A stretch of 64,000 nucleotides of DNA from Marsupella aquatica. Lineage: Eukaryota > Plantae > Marchantiophyta. Every line of letters begins with the position of its first letter. Position 1 is the first letter of the stretch. Position numbers and translations under genes: made by a program. Of the stretch, positions 1-12,652 are shown in pieces. The notes beneath the pieces were generated by a model. It was not told where the DNA came from. It did no database searches and saw nothing but the letters and a program-made list of their open reading frames with translations. The DNA lies in the NCBI GenBank assembly GCA_973895155.1, contig OZ316899.1, positions 7,381,241 through 7,445,240 of the forward strand, in the 5' to 3' direction.

Positions 1-1314
1 CTCAGCATCTTTGGGGAGGAGTTGGAGCAGGGACCCTTTTTCCAGAGGGAGATGTTGGAGAAGCGCCATTTAGAAGAAGCGGTGGCCTTGGAAAGAAGCA
101 AGAAGGACGAGGTCATCCGTCGGCTTAGGGAAAGGGAAGCCGAAATCAAGGACCTAAGGGCGGCCAAGAAAGCCCAAGATGAGTTGCGGATTAAGCGGCA
201 TGAGCTAAATATCATGCAGGGCCAGTTGGATACCGCACAGTCTGATAATCGGATGATCGAGAATCTACTGATGCGGACCCAAGGAGAGTTGGCCGATGCG
301 ATCAAGGAGCGGGAGAAGTGGAAGTGAGAGCTGAGGGATGCAGAGGAGGCCCACATAACAGCCAACAACCGGGCCATGGCGGAGACCCAGAGAAGGGAAA
401 GGGCGTTGAAGGGGGAGCTCGAGGTTATCCATGGAGCCCTTAAGCAGAAGGAGGCTGAGTTAGGGAAATCCTATCAAGGGATTATTGCACTGCAGCAGGA
501 ACTTGCATCCCTGACGGCCAGCTTCAAGGCCGACCTACGGGAGAAGGACGACCAGCTCGACCAGACTTATGCCAAGATGAATAAAATGGAGTCTGAGGTC
601 GTAACGGAGCTCGACAAAGAGCTAAGAGAAACCCAGGAGGAGAGGGCTACCTTGAAGAAGGAATTGGAGGAAGCCCACAGGGAGTTGGAGGAAGCCCAGA
701 AAGAACTGGAGGAGGCGTGCAAGGACCTGGACGAAGTACAGGAGGAGTTGGAGGAAAGCACGCGGAAGCTGGAGAACTTACAACGGCGAGCCAACAACTA
801 AACAGAGCGGCTGAAGAAACAAGCCGCAGTAATTAAAGGCTTGGCTCCATCAGGCCCAACTCCAATTGGGGAAACCAAGTTACCAGGAGTGGTACTGGCC
901 GAAGAACAAGCCGCGCCATTTGCACTAGTACCGGAAGTAAGTGGGAAGGGGAAGGGGCCAGCTGCCGAACCAGAAAAGAAGAAGAAGCGGAAACCTTCAG
1001 GGTCAGGGAGTAATACGGCTCCACAGGCCATGGTGACCAAGGAGGCAGACCCAGCACCGACCCCAGGCAGGGTCACGGCAGAGGATCCAACTACCCTAGA
1101 AGCAGGGGATGACGAAGCTGAGGCTCAGGCCGAAGCCGTGGGTGATGCCGAAGCCGGTGCCGGTGCCGAGGCCGAAGCCGAAGGTGGACCCAGTCAGGCC
1201 GATGGAGAGTTGACTCAGTCAAGGGCAGGTAATCTGTCAGAGAACGAACCTACGGCAGTGGCTGAGGTGGAAGCGTTGGGGGCGTCCACTGAGGAACAGA
1301 CACCGCTGCCATGA
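1..1314 (+). pseudogene. Degenerate coiled-coil/low-complexity accessory ORF in the 3' region of an LTR retrotransposon
   Basis: ORFs 22-327, 376-801 and 841-1314 share one frame split by stops. They are E/K/L heptad-rich and are followed by a purine-rich tract and an LTR-like repeat. Confidence 0.55.
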
Positions 1315-1602
1315 CGGTGGTGGAGGGCCGCTCCTTTCAGGGAGGGCGGACGTGGAGGGAGGAGGCGTGAGTGGGCAGGGTGGGCTCGGATCTCTAAGTT
1401 TAGGATTAGGATCAGGACCAGGAGGCGGCCCTGACACTTAGCTTAGTGGGATTGCGGTTCCACTAGTAAGAGCAACACTTGTACTCCTACCTTGCTGTAC
1501 ATAGGTAGATTCAGTTAGGTAGATTCGTTAGATAGATTTGGCTTACGCTGCAAGGAATTAGGCGGATCCGTGTCCAGGATAAGTACTTGGGCAGCGGGGA
1601 GC

Positions 1603-2231
1603 TTAGGGCCTCTTCTTTAGCAAATTTTTAGTTGCACCAGCCGGGCTGGGATCAAGTAGTAAGAGAAGCTCTCGGTTAGTCATATAGTGACCCTTGTGTA
1701 TATTCATGTTTCCTCATGCCTAAGAGCTGAATAGAGTTGGCCTCACAGCTTAGTTTGCAGAGCTTGTGTATGAGATGTACTGTTTGTATGGCAAGTGCAT
1801 GGTATGACTCAGTCAGAAGGAGTCATTTTGCTATTTGTGTGTCGCATTAACTTGTGTGAAGAGTGCCCACATCAACTAATAGATGAAGGAAAGTAAGCAA
1901 GGGAGTGAGAGTTGGATGTGTCGAGCTGAGAGAGGTCTTAGCGGCTTAACCAAGCCTATTGGGGATCATTCCGGTGGCGGAATCCAAATATACCCAACCA
2001 GAAGGAGAGGAAGAGAAGGGAAGGCCCAGATTAGGCCGGCTACATATCTCATGACCCGATGAAGGATCTGTCCAGTATATGTGTGTAAAATGTTAATAGT
2101 AGTAGTAGAAGGAGGTTAGCAGCGTCCCATGCCACTAAGCCGTGAAAATGGCCTCGCCAAGCGCAAAACCTGCGGGAATCGGCTTGTGCTGGGGGGTTTC
2201 TTGGGTTTAGGGAGCCATGGGACGCACCACA
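1603..2231 (+). repeat. LTR (copy 1), ending ...CACCACA, inserted in a LINE
   Basis: Near-identical to 59801-60419. Preceded by GGGCAGCGGGGAG (PPT-like). LINE RT sequence begins right after the terminal CA. Confidence 0.75.
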
Positions 2232-4587
2232 TCCTTAAACTGGATTTTGAGAAGGCTTTTGATCGTGTTTCACATGACTACTTATGGGAATGCATGCACC
2301 TCCTGGGTATCAGCGGACGATTCACTATGCTGGTCAGGGCATTGCTGGCACAGGCGTCTTCTAGAGCCTTGGTGAACGGATTACTATCTAACACATTTGA
2401 GCTTAAACGAGGGGTAAGACAGGGCTGCCCACTATCACCATTATTGTTTGTCATCTCCATGCAACCTCTTATGGACTTTCTTGAAACTGAGATGGCGGAG
2501 GGCAGACTTAGTGGCTTGCAGATCACCCCTAGATTCACTATCTGCTATAGACTGTTTGCGGATGATGTTGGAATGTTTGTCCCGGCCACAGAGTGCGCCT
2601 TTGAGGAAGCAACCACTGCTCTCGAATGCTATGAGAAAGCAAGTGGGGCCCGACTGAATCTGAAGAAATCCGTGGTGATTCCATTGTCAATGGAACCGAT
2701 CCCTGAGTGGCTGAATAACACGGGCTGCCTTATCAGTCAACACGGTGAGATGCAGAAATACGTGGGGGCACCATTGGGTGAGAGCTTGAGCACGAAACAA
2801 CTGCACAAATTCTGCCTTGATAAGATTTGTGCCAGGCTTTCAGTTTGGTCCAACAAACTCCTTTCCTTTACTGGCCGTTCACTACTGGTCAAACAGGTAC
2901 TACTTGCTATTCCGATCTACCATGTCATGTATTGCAAGGCGTCCGTTGGCCTGGCGAAGAAGATAATTGCTTTGAGCAGAGAATTTTTATGGGGATATAA
3001 TGCCACAGGAGGACAGAAGGTCCCCCTGGTGGCCTGGGATCGGATGGCTTTGCCACGCGTGGAGGGGGGGCTGGGATTCCGGGACTTCCGCTGTCACTCT
3101 GATGCATTGCTCTCTCAATGGTTTACTAAGGCACTTAACGCGCCTGAGACGGAATGGTCTAGGATGTTGGCAACCAACCTGACCTTGATGGGTTGGATGA
3201 ACTACAAGATTATTAGGCGCAATGGATACTCCTTCCAGGACCGGGTTCTGTTGTGCACGCCTTGTTCATTTAGTGGGCTGCCATACACGACTGGTCTCTG
3301 GAGAAGTTGGGAGCTAGTGAGAGCCCACTTATCCTTTGATCCTAGCCTGATGGGGCTGCCTTTCCGGTGGAGCATCATGGATACCCTCAGATGTATGGTA
3401 GGCTTTAATTCTCTTCCAAATAAGGCAATGACAGAGATTGCTGCAATTTGTGGCAGGCTGGGATTGAGGTCTATTGGTGATGGATGGTCGACGGAGGATG
3501 GATGTTGGAAGGACCTCCCGTTACATTGGCACAACATGCGTGGCTTTTCTGATGAGCATCGAACGATGGCACGCTCGTTCTTGGATTGCCTTTGGCGTGC
3601 TAATAACTGCCGATCTGAGTACTACTTGTATGCCAAGCAATGGAGATGGACAGATTGATTGGAGCCGCTGAAGGACTTCAGAATCAAGAATTGTAGAGTG
3701 TATGACTTCTTAAGGCCTAAGAATTCTTCCCATGACCGCCTCAATAGGATCTGGTCGCTGTCTTGGCCTGAGATGTGCTGGAATGTGTGCTGGGCCAAGC
3801 TTTGGGGGTCTGACTTCCAATTAGAGGCAAGACCTTTTTTTGGAGGATCATTGTAGGGGGCCTATTCACAGGGGCACGTGCGCTCAGAATGGAGGTTAGT
3901 AATGGAGATTGCAAGCTTTGTAATGGCTGGCTTGAAACGATCTCCCACCTGTTTTTCCACTGTACACATGCTGTCCGCTGCTGGTGCCTCTGTCAGACTT
4001 TGTTGCGGAGTCTGGGTTTGCCAATTGGACAAGGATTGATGGCTCTTATAGAGGCGGCCTGCGGGAAGGAGCATGTTCAAGTGGCTCGGATCTTTGTCTT
4101 GCATCAAATTCCGTGGCGACTCTGGTTGGGAAGGAACACCCACATGTTTCAGTTGGGGGGAGACGTGTGTTTGACTTAGGGCTTGTTCTGAACAAGGCAG
4201 CGGAGAACGCGTTTGCTGTTAGCAGGCGCTGCCCCCCGGGCAGGAAGTGCCCCCACCTGATTCGGGCCAAGGCATGGATTGATGACCTGCGTAGGGAATG
4301 GTTGGGCAGTGGCAGTACTGCTGTCAACTCTTTTGCTTGATCATGGTGACCGCGGCTCCGGGCTGATCTGAATGAACAATGCCCTCTTATGATGCGCTTA
4401 GGCTTGTGTTGGTGATAAATGTTCCCTCTCCCACTGTTTTGTGGAGGGTTGCGTGTTATGCGCTGGTTGTGTGTGTCTGTGCACTGTGTTTTTGGCTTTG
4501 TTTTAGGTTGCTTGGTCTGGCCTTTTGGACTGTCTGTTTACCCTCCCCGTGGGGATTTTTGCGGGGGAACCAAAAATTATTAAAAAA
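2232..4587 (+). mobile_element. L1-clade LINE, 3' part of ORF2 (RT + zf-RVT), degenerate
   Basis: Motifs LKLDFEKAFDRV, RGVRQGCPLSPLLF, LFADD, GGLGFRD and CKLC...ETISHLFFHC. A-rich tail at about 4572-4587. Confidence 0.92.
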
Positions 4588-7500
4588 TGGTCCCATTCCA
4601 AGGAAGGGTGGGCCAGTTAGGTCTCAAGGGTGTGGGGGTCAATAAAGGGGGTTGTCCAGTAGGAGAACACTTGATTGAAATAGTGATGCAACGGTGCGGT
4701 GAAGGAATAGGGACCGTGGACCCTAACTTGTTTGCTGCCTTGGGAGGATCTGGAGAGCTAGAGGTGACATGCTTCATTGAACCTGAGCTTGCAAGCGGCG
4801 CTTTAAAACGGCCCCTAGCATTGCAAAGACAGTTTGCCCATAGTGGAGTTGTCAAGACGTTTAGGGGGGTTTATATGTCAAGGCTAGGGGGTGGCCGGGT
4901 TTTCACTAAAGGGGGTTTAGGGGGGGTTAAGATGTCAAGGGTGGGGGGTTGGATTGTAAGGGGATGGGGGGTTTAGGGACCATTGGATGGAGTACATCCC
5001 CACCATTCAAAAATTTCCCGTTCCCGCGTCCCATTCCCCCTTCCCGTTTATGTATGGCATGTCGTCCCTTCCTTTGGTCCCGATCCTTTGGTTTCCCGAT
5101 CCTTTGGTTGCCTGGTGCTAGGGTTTTTGTTTTCTGCCTCAATGCTTCCTTGAGCTTTTGTTCCACTTTGAGGTCGTTCTAGTAGTGCTGTCAGTCTTGT
5201 CGCTGCCTGCCCCGTTGCTGTGTTGCTGTGTGTTGGTTGAAGCTGCTTCAGTAGAGGTGGCCGCTCCTGCTGCGGAAGGCATTCAACTTGAGGGAGCTCA
5301 TTCCTGATATTGCGGAAGGTGATTGCTACTCTTTGCGGAAGGTGATGAAAGCGGACTTGAAGGGAGGTGATTGCTTTATTCTGTAAGGTGGACTGCAGAG
5401 CTCACAGAGGCAGTGAAAGTTTAGTCATGGCAGTTGGGAAGGGGGCACGAGGAAGTTGGGAAGGGAGCCAGGAAGGGAGCCAAGTTTAGGCCTGCATGAT
5501 TGGGGCCTGCAAATGCGATAGTTGCAACATTGTGATTGACATTGCAGGATTGGGGTCTGTATGAACAATCTCCACGGTCTGCCAATTCATACTCCATTTT
5601 GTGCCATTGCCCTTGCTTCATTGCTGATTTCTCCTTGTCCTCAAAGTACTTATGTTCACTGAGCTGCTGTTGGGAGGAGTTGCGACACTTGCGGTTTAGG
5701 GTGAGCTATGAACTTGTTTACTCTTTGAAGTTTTGGTGGTTGTGGTGCCCTTTTTTTAGGAGCTTTGAAACAGGTATGTGACCTCCCTCATTTCCAATTT
5801 CAAGGTTGCAATGTGGCTGCTTAGTTTATACCAAATTCTTTTTCTTAAATCCCATGAGTGTGTTCATAGTTGGAGGTGATCGGAGGTTGTTTTCAAGCTA
5901 TGAACAATCTGCACACAACTGCTGCTTGTCCATACTTCCCTTTGGCTGCATCACTGCCCGCATTGCTCAGCTCTGATGACTCAGTTCCCTGATATGTTTG
6001 TTCCTCCGGTCTCTCTTTTTGAAGTTTCTCTTTGCATTGTTGCTTCATTTGGCCACACAGCTACGCAATTTCTATTTGTTGTTTCTGTACTCTATTTCTG
6101 TATTTGTGCTGCATTGAATGATCTGCTATCATTTGCAGCAGATTGAGTCAAAGGGCAAAGAAGAGCCGCTCTTTGATCTGGCTGATGAAGCTATGGCGCC
6201 AATGCGGAATTCAAAGCACTGAAATTGGTGCCTAGGAGGAGGAGGTGAAGAGGCAGAGGAGCAAAAACGGTGTGGTCTGGCTGGCTTGTTGGATACACTG
6301 TTTACCGTAATTAGTATCATAACTTATATAGTCTCCCTGCATAAATAGTATCACACACACTAATAAGGGTGTGACTACAAATCTGAAAAAATATATATAT
6401 TAGTACAAGTAGAGAGTTCAGTCTATTGTCATTCGTTCTAATTTGATTTTGATTGTATTTATAACCTGGTTTTCATTTCATCATACTTTAATAAAATCTG
6501 ACTTTCAATTGACATTCATTTTTAATTTTATATGCCATTGCAAATATATCTTACTACTAGAAATATTTGTACTTTTCATAAGCTATATACATAATATGTG
6601 TTCATCACACACTATTTGAGTGTGACCAAAAGTAATCTCACTTACTCTAATTTAGAATAACATGTATTTAGTCTCACTTCTTATATAGTCTCACACAACA
6701 AGAAGCCTTAAAAGATGGGTCCAAGGCCTTAATTCTCTTTTTCAAAATTTTATGATTTTCCAAAATGTCATTGAAAAACAACACAAATAATCATCATATA
6801 TTTAAAATTTCCTCACCTGGGATTTCACACCACAATTAATACAATGCTTCAGACACAAGTTTTTCCATAATTAATATTTCCAAATTTAACTCCTCAATAT
6901 AAGTCTCAACATTAGAGTTTGGGCTCAAAGATCACCAACAAATTAAATGTTACGAGAAAATATCCTCTTTATGAACAAAGTCACTAACAACATCAGAGAT
7001 CACAAGCCTTTGCCCATCACAAATCAACACTCAGTTGCGCTTGACAACCTATGTTTAATTGCTAATTGCCCATCATCCTCTATCCTTTACGGGATAAATG
7101 TTGTCATTTGCCCATCGCAGCGGGTTGCACTCGCCCGTTGCAATGTGCCTATCATAGCCACCGGCCTTAGGCGCCCGCCTGCCTCAACGCCTCGGCCTTC
7201 TTCTTTTGACCCTCCCGAGCCCCTGTTTACCAGCGTACGTAGCCGCCCTTGTACCCCCGGGCGTACCCCCCCGACCCGCGTCCTCCCCCTTTACGCCCGG
7301 ACCCTCTTGTACACGGCCCCATACGGGGTGTATTTTTTTTTAAAGGGACTTAAGGGCCCCCTTTAGGCCCCATTTTAGCTTTTTTCTTCCCTCTTGTTCT
7401 CCTCGTTATCGGGACCTGCCGCCCTCCAATTTAACCATTTTGACAGGGGGAACGGCCCCTTGTGAGACCTGTCAGACTGTGCAAGAATATTCCCCCAAAA

Positions 7501-8027
7501 TAGAGAGTTGTTTTTTGGCCGTCCGACAAAGATTTTGTCCACCGAACGGTAACTTTTTTGGTTCTTTTTTGGTGAGGACGTTGCCACTGGAGTTAGCTAC
7601 GCGGCGCACGGATCACATTGCGATTCCGACGATGGGTTGTACTGGGTATTTTGGTTATTCTCTGAGGTGGTCAAAACGGGGGAGTTTCCCAAGGTCTTAC
7701 CCACCCTGACCGAAATTTGAATAACTTTTTTGTCGAATTTTGATTTTGATTTCGGCTTTCAGTATTGGACTCCTAGCTTCGTGGGCTACGCGGCGGTGTT
7801 GAGTTTTGAGTTTTGTGAGAAGTTTTGAAAAAAGATGTTTTGTTGTGATTGTTTCATTTGAGTGACTCGGAGGATACTGGAAGAATTGGCGTCGGTGGAG
7901 CTTCAGGATCACGACGGTCAGACGGAGAGTCTGAGGAGGAGCTGCTACCATTTGAGGAGGAACTTGTATCACCGGTACGATCATTGGTGCGGCATGCAGT
8001 GGAGGAAGCTATACTACTACCAGAGCT

Positions 8028-11000
8028 ATGGTAGTAGGGAAGAAGGCGGAGATGGCTAGATTTGGAGGAGTGAAGTTTGAGGTGGAGATGTACGATGGTC
8101 GTACTGATTACTTGCTATGGGAGAAGCAAGTGAAGGGTGTCCTTTGGGCCATGGGCTTAGCTCATCTGCTTTCTTTGCGAGAGCGGTATGATGGAGAGGA
8201 GGAGATTTCTGTGAGACAATGGAGACAGGAGCAGGTGATTGCTGTCAATGCAATGATGCTATATCTCAAGCCGCACATCATCAAGCAGCTGGATGATTAT
8301 GCAGATTGCGCGTCACTATTCAAGGCTCTTAGAGAGAAGTACTACCGGGAAGATGCGTCAGACCGGTTGTACAAGAAGTCTCTCTTGATGAGCCTCAGGC
8401 TCAAGGAAGGGAGCAAGCTGCAGGATCACCTAGATGAGTTTGACAGTCTAGCGGTGGATCTATCAAACCTGGGAAAAAGAGTTGAAGATAAGGATAAGGC
8501 CTTGCTTCTGCTAAGCTCCTTACCACCGTCATATTAGGGCTTGAAACAGGTGCTCTTGTACAAAGATCTGAAGTCCATTTTATATAATGAGGTGGTGAGC
8601 TCTTTACTGTCTGATGATGCTCAGAAGAAGCTGGGTCAAATCACAGACAACATCTTCTTCTGGCACTGCGCTCAATGTGAACAGGGGAAGAGCAACACAG
8701 GGCACAAATGGGCAGAACAGGTTTAGATTTATATCACGGGGCAGATCTAAATCCAAAGGGAAATTGCAAGAGAGGAAACCTCTTGCATGTTGGAATTGTG
8801 GCAAGCATGGCCACATGAAAAGGGATTGTCGAGTAAAGGTCCCTACTGCCTCTGCTAACGCGGCATCGAGCTCGCATGAGGTAGATTTACTCGATGATGA
8901 TGACATATTGTGATGTCAAGGTTATGCTCTCAACGTAGTGTCAAATCCAGGTAGTGATGACTGGATTATAGATAGTGCATGTACTTTTCACATTTGCTCT
9001 AGGAGAGATTTTTTCAGTTCTTACACGGTTTCAAACGGGTCAGTGTTGATGGGAAATGGAATCCCATGTCAAGTTGTTGGACTTGCATCTGTAAGATTTT
9101 AGATATTTGATGGTGCTACGAGAACATTAAGAAATGTGAGACATATTCCCAGCATGATGAAAAATCTTATTTCACTTGGAGTTTTAGAAACAAATGGCCA
9201 TCAGTAGAGTTATGCTAATGGTGTTCTTCAGGTTTCAACTGGTACTAAAGTTGTATTGAAGGAAAAGAGACATAGCAATCTATACGTTTTGGAGGGCAAT
9301 GTAGTCTGTGATGAAGCCAATGTAACCTTATCTCATGAGGAGACGGCCCGGCTGTGGCACTTCTGTTTGGGCCACATGAGTGAAAAAGGTTTGGTTATTC
9401 TTCAGAAGAAAAGATTACTTTCTAATTTGCAATCTTGTAAGTTAGAATTTTGTGAGCACTGTGTGCTAGGGAAGCAGCATAGGAAACCCTTCGGAGTTGG
9501 AACTCACACCAGCAAGGAGGTACTTGAGTATGTACATAGTGATGTGTGGGGTCCAGCCCCTACTCTCTCACATTCTAGATGGTTATACTATGTCACGTTT
9601 ATTGACGATTACTCAAAGTATGTGTGGATATACTTTCTACACAATAAGTCTAACATTTTTGCCACTTTTAAGGAGTGGAAAGCCCAAGTTGAGAATCAGA
9701 CTGGTAATAAGGTGAGATATTTTCGATCGGATAATGGCGGTGAATACAGTTCTGGTGAATTTGGAACGTATTGTAAGGAGCAGGGGATTACCCGCCATCT
9801 CACAAGTTATACTCCTCAACAGAGTGGTGTTTCTGAGAGACTCAACCGAACACTATTGGACCGTTCTAGGAGTATGTTGAGTCAATCATGCTTACCACAT
9901 GAGTTTTGGGCTGAAGCTGTCAACACTGCAGCTTATTTGGTAAATTTTTCTCCATCCAGTTCTATTGGATTCAAGACGCCATATGAAATGAGGTACAGGC
10001 GTCCAGCAGATTACTCACATCTGAGGATTTTTGAATGTGATACTTATGTGCTTACACCTTCCCAGCTTTGATCCAAGCTGGAGTCCAAGTCAAAGAAGTG
10101 CATTTTCCTTGGCTATCAGAAAGGTGTGAAGGGTTATAGGTTATAGGATCCAGTAACCTGTAAACTAATTGTCAGTAGAGATGTGTCATTTAATGAATCC
10201 AGATCATCAAAGGAGGGGGAGAGTTCTCAAGACTCCCATACTGACAAGGGGAAATCTCCCATCTCGGGTTGAGGGGGAGATTAGTCATGATGCAGTTCAT
10301 GACAGGAGAGATGGAGAAGCTCCGGGCTTGGAGCTGGTTCTTGTGATGGAACAAGAGGAGCAGATTGTTGTTGGGGTACCTCAAATTTAACCAGCAGCAG
10401 CAACTGATCAGCCTGAGTCATCTACTAGAAGAACTTCCAGTCGTTCTACTAGAGCTCCTACCAAGTATGGTCAATGGGCAGACTCATCTAAGCTAGATGA
10501 TATTGACATTGCACCTAATGATGATGACATGGCTTTGATCTTGGAAGAAGGAGAGTCTTCTTCGTATAGTGAGGCTTGTGCTTCAGAGCAGAAGCATGAG
10601 TGGAATGCAACAATGTAGAGGGAGTTGCAATCTTTGAGTGACAACAAGACATGGGAGCTGGTGGAGCTTCCAAGAGGTCAACAAGTGATGGACAACAAGT
10701 GAATTTACAAGTTGAAGGACAGTCCTTCAGAGGGTGGAGATAAGATCTACAAGGCAAGGCTTGTTGCCAAGGGGTTCACTCAGGAGAAAGGAGTGGACTA
10801 CAATGAGGTCTTTTCATCGGTGGCTAAGTATTCCATAATTCGGATCTTGTGTCAGCTTGTTGTGTTTTTTGGTCTGGTGATGGATCAGATGGATGTTGTT
10901 ACTGCTTTTCTCTATGGCAACTTGGAAGAGTTGATCTTCATGAGACAGCCACTAGGCTTTATGAAGAAGGGCCAAGAGAACTTAGTTTGCAGATTGCTCA

Positions 11001-12104
11001 AGTCCTTGTATGGATTGAAGCAGTCTCCCAGACAGTGGAACAAGCGGTTTGATGATTTCATGTTTGCTCAAGGTTTTACAAGGATGGTGTTTGATCCTTG
11101 TGTGTATACAAAATCAGTCAAGAATGATGTATATGATTTCATCATTCTGGTGATCTATGTGGATGACATGCTAATTGTGGCTAAAGATCAATTTGAGGTT
11201 GACAGTCTCAAGGCAACATTGAGTGTTGAATTCAGGATGAAGGATCTTAGGGATGGAGATTTTTAGGAACTCTGAAACTGGACAGTTGTGCTTGAGTCAA
11301 GGCCAGTATGCAAGGAAAGTACTTGCACGATTCAACATGGAAAACTATAAGCTAGTGAGTATTCCTTTAGCTTCACATTTCAAGTTATCATCGGCTTTCT
11401 CTCTTACGGATGCTGTGGAGAAAGGTCTGATAGCTAAGATTCCTTATGAGAAGACAGTAGGTAGTCTGATGTATTTGATGACTTGTACTAGGCCTGACTT
11501 GGCCCTAGCGATAGGCAAGGTTAGCAAATTCATGTCAAATCCAGGGAAGGTACACTGGGAAGCTGTGAAATGGATTCTCGGGTATGTGAAGGGAACACAC
11601 GACTATGGATTACTATTTGATAACATATCAGATAGAACGTTAGTTGGCTATGTAGATTCTGACTATGGAGGCTGTATGGATACAAGGAGGTCTACAACTG
11701 GGTTTGTATACACTCTTGGAGGAGGATGTATCAGTTGGAAATCTACCTTGCAGAAGTGCATTTCTCAGTCTACTACAGAAGCAGAGTATGTTGCAGCAGC
11801 AAAAGCAGCAAAGGAAGCAATTTGGTTGGATAAGTTGATTGCGGAGATGGGTTTAGAGCATGGCAAAATGACTCTAAACTGTGATAGTCAAAGTGTTCTT
11901 CACTTGGTTGCTAACTAGGTGATGGATAGCAGGGTGAAGCACATTGATATCAGGTACCATTTTATCAGGCAAGCAGTGTCTGATAAAACTTTTGAGCTAG
12001 TCAAGATTGATGGAAAGCTCAATCCCGCTGATGCCTTTACCAAAGTGATTCCTTTGGAGAGTTTCTCAAGACACCGTGCTATTTTGCAGGTTTTGCAACT
12101 ATAG
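8028..12104 (+). pseudogene. Ty1/copia gag-pol (gag, zinc knuckle, protease, integrase, RT, RNase H) with stops and frameshifts
   Basis: Motifs LLLLSSLPPSY, CWNCGKHGHMKRDC, WIIDSACTFH, VHSDVWGP, RSDNGGEY, YKARLVAKGF, QMDVVTAFL, YVDDML, STTEAEY and KHIDIRYHF, in copia domain order. Confidence 0.95.
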
Positions 12105-12311
12105 TGCAAGTAGAGTTATTTAGCAATGTGTGATTATTTGTATATGGATTACTCATTCCTATTTGGCTACGGCTTAGTTCTAGTTAACCCTTAGTTAACC
12201 CTTGTGGTTTTTAGGGGGAGACCTGGTTTGGTGATTGTCTAGAACTTCCCACTGAGGATTCCATATGGTAGCATTTAGTCCAGTCCTGAAGACAAGAGTC
12301 AAGGGGGAGTT

Positions 12312-12652
12312 TGTTAGATATTGCTCTAGTCTTGTGACTCATGAGCTAACTACAGTTAGGTTAACTTGGGTTGGGACTTAGCTAATGTTAGCGGTAGTGC
12401 TATTGTGTATATAGCCACGGCTGATGCCAGACCCTACTTAGGCTCATTGTTACGGAGCTAGTTGAGAGATAGGGAGAGCTTGTGCTATGGATGCTTGGTA
12501 TGGTCGGTCGGTCTAGAGTGCAGTAAAGCTCTTGTGTGTTCCCGTGGATGTAGTCTCATGTGGAGGTGAACCACGTATCTCTCTATGTCAACTATTGTGC
12601 GTTGGATGGTTCATAGGCTTGTCGTTACAAATGTCGTTTATGCTCAACAACA
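12312..12652 (+). repeat. Copia 3' LTR (TG...CA), with PPT at 12301-12309
   Basis: AAGGGGGAG is followed by TGTTAG...CAACAACA. Gypsy RNase H coding sequence resumes at 12653. No matching 5' LTR was seen upstream. Confidence 0.75.

Noticed and set aside
2129-2231. N-terminus of the 509-aa ORF
   Set aside because: It is LTR sequence fortuitously in frame with the LINE RT.
5000-7900. Possible host gene, MITE or copia 5' LTR
   Set aside because: Only short ORFs without motifs were found. There is no match to the copia 3' LTR, and no TIR/TSD pair was seen.
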